Source of the DNA: a virus
Direction: 5' to 3' (one strand)
IMG/VR virus record: IMGVR_UViG_3300045119_000205
Location: 4,462 to 68,461 of that record
DNA length: 64,000 bases
Below are positions 58,469 through 64,000 of the stretch, one piece after another; positions within the stretch are counted from its first letter, which is position 1, and every line of letters starts with the position of its first letter. The translations under genes and the position numbers were made by a program. The notes under the pieces were generated by a model. It saw only the letters and a list, made by a program, of their open reading frames with translations, was not told the origin of the DNA and made no database searches.

Positions 58469-58960
58469 ATGACCCCCAAATACCCCACCCACTGCCAGAT
58501 CTGCGCCCGCTCCATCTGCGCCGCCACCGGGCAGATCGCGCACCATGGCTACAAGCGCCCCGGACGCGGCTGGCAGACCGCCTCGTGCTTTGGCGCCCGC
58601 TACCAGCCCTATGAGGTCGCCTGCGACGCCATCCCGCACGCCATCGAAGCCATCGACCGGTTCGTGGTGCGCACCCAGTCGCGCATCGAAGACCTCCTCG
58701 AAAACCCACCCCTGGAAATCGTGGAATACGGCCACGGCTACCGCTCACGCGAAATCCGCTACCGGCTCCAGCGCCCCGAGGATTTCGATACCTCCGCGCC
58801 CTCCCCAGGCTGCTACAGCCCAGGCGGCCGCGATCACTATCACTGCAACTTCCAGGGACAGGTGAAATCCCTGCGCCGCGATATCGAGAGCGCCAACGAT
58901 GAGCGCCTGTTCCTCGTGCAGCGATTGCGAGACTGGAAACCGGCACAGGAAGCCGCGTAA
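58469..58960 (+). CDS. hypothetical metal-binding protein
   Basis: CQIC...IAHHGY...SCFG. Confidence 0.65.
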   Translation: MTPKYPTHCQICARSICAATGQIAHHGYKRPGRGWQTASCFGARYQPYEVACDAIPHAIEAIDRFVVRTQSRIEDLLENPPLEIVEYGHGYRSREIRYRLQRPEDFDTSAPSPGCYSPGGRDHYHCNFQGQVKSLRRDIESANDERLFLVQRLRDWKPAQEAA

Positions 58961-58966
58961 TGTCAC

Positions 58967-58988
58967 AGGGGCGCCGCAAGGCGCCCCT
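58967..58988 (+). terminator. GC hairpin with GCAA tetraloop at the end of the early block
   Basis: AGGGGCGCC-GCAA-GGCGCCCCT; no U tract. Confidence 0.4.
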
Positions 58989-59007
58989 CACGCGTTAAAG
59001 GGCCAGC

Positions 59008-59595
59008 ATGGCTGACTTCGAAAATACCCACGTGGTCAAGCGCGAGCGAGCCAATAATGGCGCGCTCAGAACCGCTGTGCAGCCAAAGCTGGACGTTCTG
59101 AAGCAACAGCACAAACGTGTTGGACCGCCTATGAGGTTCGATGAAAGGACCTTTCAGAGCGTCCTAGAATTAGTTGCAATGGGCGGAATGATCTCGCAGA
59201 TATGCGACGGAAAACCGCCATTTCCAACGTACGCGAGTTGGTACAGATGGCTCGCGGGTTCGCCCGAATTGCGAGATCGCTACGCACGCGCGCGCCATCT
59301 GGCTGTGGAACGATACGCTGATGAGATCATTTTGATTGCAGACGGCAAGCTGCCTGTAGGTGATATCGATGAGCCAACAAACCCGCAGCGCGACAGGCTG
59401 CGGATCGACGCGCGGCGATGGGTGATGGGCAAGCTCAACCCGGCCTTCTGGGGTGACAAGACGGCGCCGCCCGCGCCGCCTGATGAGGCGGACGAGCGCA
59501 CCATCATCGACGTGCGCAGCCTGGACCCGGCCACGCGCAAGGCCTTGAAGGCCACGCTGCTGGCCATCGAGGAGGCCGAGCGCAATGGCCAATGA
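59008..59595 (+). CDS. terS: terminase small subunit
   Basis: HTH...RYARAR...RDRLRIDARRWVMGKLNP..WGDK. Confidence 0.85.
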   Translation: MADFENTHVVKRERANNGALRTAVQPKLDVLKQQHKRVGPPMRFDERTFQSVLELVAMGGMISQICDGKPPFPTYASWYRWLAGSPELRDRYARARHLAVERYADEIILIADGKLPVGDIDEPTNPQRDRLRIDARRWVMGKLNPAFWGDKTAPPAPPDEADERTIIDVRSLDPATRKALKATLLAIEEAERNGQ

Positions 59596-59860
59596 TCGCC
59601 CGCCACCGCCCGCCTTGCCCGAGCAATACCTGTCGGTGAACGCGGAGAAGGTGTGGCATCACCTCTGCCGCTACGGGTTTCTGAACCTAGAGGCAGAGGT
59701 GCCGTGGGACCTGAAGCTGTCCTACAAGAAGATGAACACGGCGGCGTATGAGCTATGTGTGGCCGACCTTGCCGAGCATGACGACGCCAGCGTGGACGCC
59801 GTCGTGATCCCGATCTGGGCGCCCGGCATTCCTATGTTCGTGCGCGCCCGCCGATGCTGA
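59585..59860 (+). CDS. hypothetical protein
   Basis: Lies between TerS and TerL, overlapping both. Confidence 0.55.
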   Translation: MANDRPPPPALPEQYLSVNAEKVWHHLCRYGFLNLEAEVPWDLKLSYKKMNTAAYELCVADLAEHDDASVDAVVIPIWAPGIPMFVRARRC

Positions 59861-61527
59861 TCCGCCACAAGGGCACGCTGATCGACACCAGCGAGGTGCT
59901 GCTGGAGATCGAGCGCGCCGAGCTAGAGCAGTCGCTGGCGGCGTTCACCGCCGCCGCGTGGCCCGCCATCGACAGCGCGCCGTTCGCCCATGGCGGCTAC
60001 GTCATCGACGCCATCAGCGAGCACCTTGAGGCCGTGGTCGATGGCCACATTCAGGGGCTGCTGATCAACGTGCCGCCACGCTTCAGCAAGAGCACCATCG
60101 TCGGCACCATGCTGCCCGCCTGGGTCTACGCCCAGCCAGGGCGCACGCCGCTGGCCGGGCCAGGGTGCAGCTTCCTGTGTGCCAGCTACGGCATGAGCCT
60201 GTCGGTGCAGGACAGCGTGCGCTGCCGTACCTTATTACTTAGTGACTGGTACCAGCGGCGCTGGGGCGACCGCTTCGCCATCACCGACGACCAGAACACC
60301 AAGACGCGGTTCGCCACCAGCGCCAACGGGGTGCGCATCGCCATATCGGTCGGGTCGGCCACCACTGGTCTGGGCGCGACCTACCTCATCGGGGACGACC
60401 TGAACAACGCCACCGAGGCCAACAGCGAGGCGGTGCTGCGCTCTACCATCGATTGGTGGCAGACCGCGTTCTACAACCGGCTGAACAACAGCAAGCCGGG
60501 CCACGGCGCGCGCATCGTCATCGCGCAGCGGCTGAACGAGTTGGACATCAGCGGGCACATACTGGAGGCGCACCCCGAGTTCGTGCATCTGTGCCTGCCG
60601 ATGCGCTACGAGGCCGACCGCTCGTTCTACACCGTGCTGGTGCCCGGCAGTGCCACGGCCGACGGCCGCGCGGTGACGTGGCGCGACCCGCGTGCGGTCG
60701 AGGGCGAACTGCTCTGGCCCGAGCGGTTCGATGAGGATCAGGTGGCGCTGCTGGAGAAGACGCTTGGCCCCTATGGCGCGGCCGGGCAGTTGCAGCAGCG
60801 CCCGGCGCCTGCGGGCGGCGGCATTCTGAAGGCGGAATGGTGGCAGACCTGGGTGCCCAACGAGTTCCCGCCGTTCAGCTACATCCTGGCCAGCCTGGAC
60901 TGCGCCTACACGGCGAAGACCGAGAACGACTACAGCGCCATGGTGATCCTGGGCATCTGGTATGGATCGTCGGAGACGATGGTCACTCGGCACGTGGATC
61001 GTTACGGTCGGGTGCGCGACAGCGAGGTGGTGGAGCACGACGAGATCAACGGCCTGCCGAGGGTGATGCTGATGACGGCGTGGCAGGAGAAGCTGGAGTT
61101 GCATGAGCTTGTCAAGAAGGTGGCCAAGACGTGCCGCGACCTGAAGGCCGACAAGGTGCTGGTGGAGAACAAGGCCGCAGGCATCAGCGTCGGGCAGGAG
61201 CTACGTCGTATCTATGGCGCAACGGAGGAGTTCGCGGTGCAGTTGTATGACCCCAAGAACCTCGACAAGGTGGCGCGGCTGCACTCGGTGGCGCCGCTGT
61301 TCGCGGAGGGCACGGTGTTCGCGCCGGATCGGAACTGGGCGGACACGGTGATCCAGCAGTGCGCGAGCTTCCCCAAGGGGCGCAACGATGATCTGGTGGA
61401 CGCGATGAGCCAGGGCATGCGGCATCTGCGCGACCTGGGGCTGCTGGTGCGCTCGCCTGAGCGCGAGGCCGAGATCGAGGAGGCGATGCGCTACACCAAG
61501 CCGCTGCAACCGTTGTATCCGGTGTAG
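59854..61527 (+). CDS. terL: terminase large subunit
   Basis: INVPPRFSKS, LIGDD, QLQQRP, SLDCAY, ENKAAG, DDLVDA. Confidence 0.93.
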   Translation: MLIRHKGTLIDTSEVLLEIERAELEQSLAAFTAAAWPAIDSAPFAHGGYVIDAISEHLEAVVDGHIQGLLINVPPRFSKSTIVGTMLPAWVYAQPGRTPLAGPGCSFLCASYGMSLSVQDSVRCRTLLLSDWYQRRWGDRFAITDDQNTKTRFATSANGVRIAISVGSATTGLGATYLIGDDLNNATEANSEAVLRSTIDWWQTAFYNRLNNSKPGHGARIVIAQRLNELDISGHILEAHPEFVHLCLPMRYEADRSFYTVLVPGSATADGRAVTWRDPRAVEGELLWPERFDEDQVALLEKTLGPYGAAGQLQQRPAPAGGGILKAEWWQTWVPNEFPPFSYILASLDCAYTAKTENDYSAMVILGIWYGSSETMVTRHVDRYGRVRDSEVVEHDEINGLPRVMLMTAWQEKLELHELVKKVAKTCRDLKADKVLVENKAAGISVGQELRRIYGATEEFAVQLYDPKNLDKVARLHSVAPLFAEGTVFAPDRNWADTVIQQCASFPKGRNDDLVDAMSQGMRHLRDLGLLVRSPEREAEIEEAMRYTKPLQPLYPV

Positions 61528-61528
61528 C

Positions 61529-61771
61529 ATGGCGGGCAAGCGCGCCTTCACGGCCGCATCGCTGGAGGCGTTCCAGAACATCTGTGCGATATTGGAACGG
61601 CACAACGGCATGACGCGGATCAGGATTATCGAGCAGTTGGTGGGGCGTACTGCCTTGGAGGTTGGGGTGGACAGGGAGCGGGCGCTGATCATCGCCAACG
61701 GCATCCGCAAGCACGCCATTGAATTGATCGAGGATGGGTTGGGGGGTGGCGATGGCGACGCGCATGACTGA
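61529..61771 (+). CDS. hypothetical protein
   Basis: ORF directly after TerL. Confidence 0.5.
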   Translation: MAGKRAFTAASLEAFQNICAILERHNGMTRIRIIEQLVGRTALEVGVDRERALIIANGIRKHAIELIEDGLGGGDGDAHD

Positions 61772-61955
61772 GATCACCGAGTGGGTGCGGGTGGGGCGGG
61801 ATCGCTATGGGCTGATCCACGTTGAGGTATGGAGTGCGGCGCGGGAGGGGAACGGTGTAGTGTGCGACGAGATCATGATACCGGCGGACGCGCTGGCGGG
61901 GCTGGCGCGGTATCTGACCGACGCCGCCGAGACGGATGCGCAACAACAGGTATGA
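61764..61955 (+). CDS. hypothetical protein
   Basis: Overlapping coupled ORF. Confidence 0.5.
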   Translation: MTEITEWVRVGRDRYGLIHVEVWSAAREGNGVVCDEIMIPADALAGLARYLTDAAETDAQQQV

Positions 61956-61967
61956 GGGGATGGAACG

Positions 61968-62258
61968 ATGGCGGAACATGAGAAGCATGTGGACAAGCCA
62001 GCGGAGCATGGCAAGTCGCCCACGCCGATAGCGCACGCGCCGATAGCGGGCGCGCCGGTTGATCCGGGTCCGGAAGTGTTTGCCCCCGAGGTGGTGAGTG
62101 CGGAGATGCCGCCGCCGCCAGCGCCTGTGGCGGAACCCAAGGCTGAGGCGAAGGCTGCCAAGCACGATGACGATGATGAGAAGAATCACAAGCGCAGCAA
62201 GCATGATGACCAGCAGGGCGACCGTGACGATGACAAGAACCACAAGCGGAGCCGGTGA
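61968..62258 (+). CDS. low-complexity hypothetical protein
   Basis: SD GAGG; duplicated KHDD...KNHKRS. Confidence 0.55.
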   Translation: MAEHEKHVDKPAEHGKSPTPIAHAPIAGAPVDPGPEVFAPEVVSAEMPPPPAPVAEPKAEAKAAKHDDDDEKNHKRSKHDDQQGDRDDDKNHKRSR

Positions 62259-62545
62259 TGCAATCGGGTGAACCCAGCCTGTTGGCGCTGGCCGAGGATC
62301 TGGTGGAGTTGGAGGGTCGGGTGCGTAATTTGCACGCGGCCATCGGGGCGGCGCGTTCGCATCTGTTTCCTGGCAGTGTGATGCCGATGCCGTCGGGGGC
62401 GCCGCCTGTGGAGATCAAGGTGGCGCCTGCGCCTGTGGCGCCGCCGTTGCCGCCTGGGCTGCTGCGCCCTGGCGCGGTGATGCTGAAGCCGCCCGAGGAG
62501 CCGGTGGCGCCGACCGGGCATATGTCGCCTGACGAGGCGGCGTGA
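62255..62545 (+). CDS. hypothetical Pro-rich protein
   Basis: Coupled ORF. Confidence 0.5.
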   Translation: MMQSGEPSLLALAEDLVELEGRVRNLHAAIGAARSHLFPGSVMPMPSGAPPVEIKVAPAPVAPPLPPGLLRPGAVMLKPPEEPVAPTGHMSPDEAA

Positions 62546-62748
62546 TGGAGTGCGGGTGGTGTGGCTTGCATCATGGCCGGTTATGTCCGTCGGTGAAGGC
62601 GATTGAGTTTCACCCGACGGGCGAGGTGAGGCGGGTTGAGTTTGTGACGGGAGCGGACTATCCGCCGTTGGAGGCGCGGTGGCCGTATAGCGCGAGCAAC
62701 ATGGCGGGTGGCGTGGCGACGCTGTCGCGGTCGAAGGCTCCGACGTGA
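62542..62748 (+). CDS. hypothetical protein
   Basis: CGWCG..H...CP.VKAIEF. Confidence 0.55.
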   Translation: MMECGWCGLHHGRLCPSVKAIEFHPTGEVRRVEFVTGADYPPLEARWPYSASNMAGGVATLSRSKAPT

Positions 62749-62993
62749 TCATCACACCGCAGCTTGAGTATGAGCCGACGACGCAGTTGCGTCTGCTGGC
62801 GATGGCGGATCGGGTAGGTGAGGAGACGTTTCTGGTGACGGTGTGGTCGCCCGACATCATCAACGGTCGCGAGGTGTTTCAATTAAGAGCCGCACAGGAC
62901 TACCATGCGGTGCAGGAGGCGATGGCCCTGTATCAGAGGAGGTACGCGCTTGCCGCTCGTTCCAGGGTTATCACCGACGTTGCGGCTGGTTAG
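62745..62993 (+). CDS. hypothetical protein
   Basis: Coupled ORF overlapping the portal start. Confidence 0.45.
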   Translation: MIITPQLEYEPTTQLRLLAMADRVGEETFLVTVWSPDIINGREVFQLRAAQDYHAVQEAMALYQRRYALAARSRVITDVAAG

Positions 62994-64000
62994 CACGCCG
63001 GATCTGGCTGTCAGCTACAAGGCCAACGAGCCGACCACGCCGATGCAGACGCCGTCGGGGGTGAGCGGTCTGCGGGTGGAACATGACGATGGCAGCATTA
63101 GTATCAGTTTAGACGGTAAGCCTATTGATGATGATGATATCAGGAAAGATCCGCTTGGCTGGTTTGACAACCTTGCCGAGGATCTGCCCGACATCGAACT
63201 GAACCGCATCTCCGATGATCTGTTGCGGTTGGTGGAGGATGACCTACAGAGCCGTCAGGACTGGATTGAGGATCGCGCGCAGGGCATCAAGCTGTTGGGG
63301 CTGAAGATTGAGATCCCCAATGTCGGGGGATCTACCGACGGCGCTCCGGTGGAGGGGATGAGCCGTGTCAGGCATCCGCTGCTGTTGGAAGCGGTGCTGC
63401 GGTTTCAAGCGAACGCCAGAGGCGAGATGCTGCCAACTGACGGCCCGGTGAAGGTGCGTGATGACGGCAACGCGTCACTGATAGAGCAGGACAAGCAGGC
63501 CAATGATCTCGAGAAGGATCTTAATCACTATCTGACAGTAACCGCGAGCGAGTACTATCCCGATACTGACCGTATGCTGTTCATGCTGGGGTTTGGCGGC
63601 TCCGCGTTCAAGAAGGTGTATTTCTGCCCGCTGCGCAATCGCCCTGTCAGCGAGAGTGTGGATGCTGACGATCTGATCGTGAACTACAGCGCCACCGATC
63701 TGCGTAATGCTAGACGCATTACGCATCGATCCATGATGAAACCCAGCACGGTGAAGCGGTTGCAGATCATGGGCGTGTACCGTGATGTGGATCTGTCGCA
63801 GGCCGAGTTGCGCAAGCTCGACGCGGCCAAGGAGGAGAAGGACAGCCAGCAGGGGATTACCGCGACTTCGTCGCGGATGGAGGACCGCGACCGCGAGGTC
63901 TACGAGATCTACTGCGAGCAGGATCTGCTGGGCTACGAGCACAAGATCAACGGCAAAGAGACGGGTTTGGAATTACCCTACCGCATCACTATAGATGTTT
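62950..64000 (+). CDS. portal protein (3'-truncated)
   Basis: TTG start after GAGGAGG (MPLVPGLSPTLRL); WFDNLAE, RHPLLLEAVLRFQANA, GSAFKKVY; open to the window end; follows TerL. Confidence 0.85.
   Translation, partial: MPLVPGLSPTLRLVSTPDLAVSYKANEPTTPMQTPSGVSGLRVEHDDGSISISLDGKPIDDDDIRKDPLGWFDNLAEDLPDIELNRISDDLLRLVEDDLQSRQDWIEDRAQGIKLLGLKIEIPNVGGSTDGAPVEGMSRVRHPLLLEAVLRFQANARGEMLPTDGPVKVRDDGNASLIEQDKQANDLEKDLNHYLTVTASEYYPDTDRMLFMLGFGGSAFKKVYFCPLRNRPVSESVDADDLIVNYSATDLRNARRITHRSMMKPSTVKRLQIMGVYRDVDLSQAELRKLDAAKEEKDSQQGITATSSRMEDRDREVYEIYCEQDLLGYEHKINGKETGLELPYRITIDV

Overview
The window is almost all of one tailed-phage (Caudoviricetes) genome with high GC and podovirus-like morphogenesis genes. 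An alphaproteobacterial host is inferred from a GTTC-N7-GTTC SOS-type box; this is not proven. Layout: (1) + strand late region, 1-41980: end of a polyvalent protein, GroES-like co-chaperonin, scaffold, Mu gpT-like major capsid, adaptors, about 14 kb of modular fibre/adhesin genes, GH25 endolysin, tail tube proteins, two large ejection proteins and an S74-type fibre. (2) Mostly leftward recombination/regulation block, 42047-47981. (3) Rightward early genes, UvrD helicase, Prim-Pol/helicase and an iteron-like origin, 48149-58960. (4) TerS, TerL and the start of the portal gene, 59008-64000. I saw no integrase, DNA polymerase, tRNA, CRISPR array or reverse transcriptase. Most notable: a self-contained moron with two PEP-CTERM exosortase substrates; an apparent plug-and-socket branched fibre system; a double-glycine motif repeated across six head/ejection proteins; an overprinted nested gene; a stand-alone RNAP alpha-CTD-like protein; and a 7-copy palindromic promoter/operator. 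All product calls come from motif recognition by eye, not database searches.
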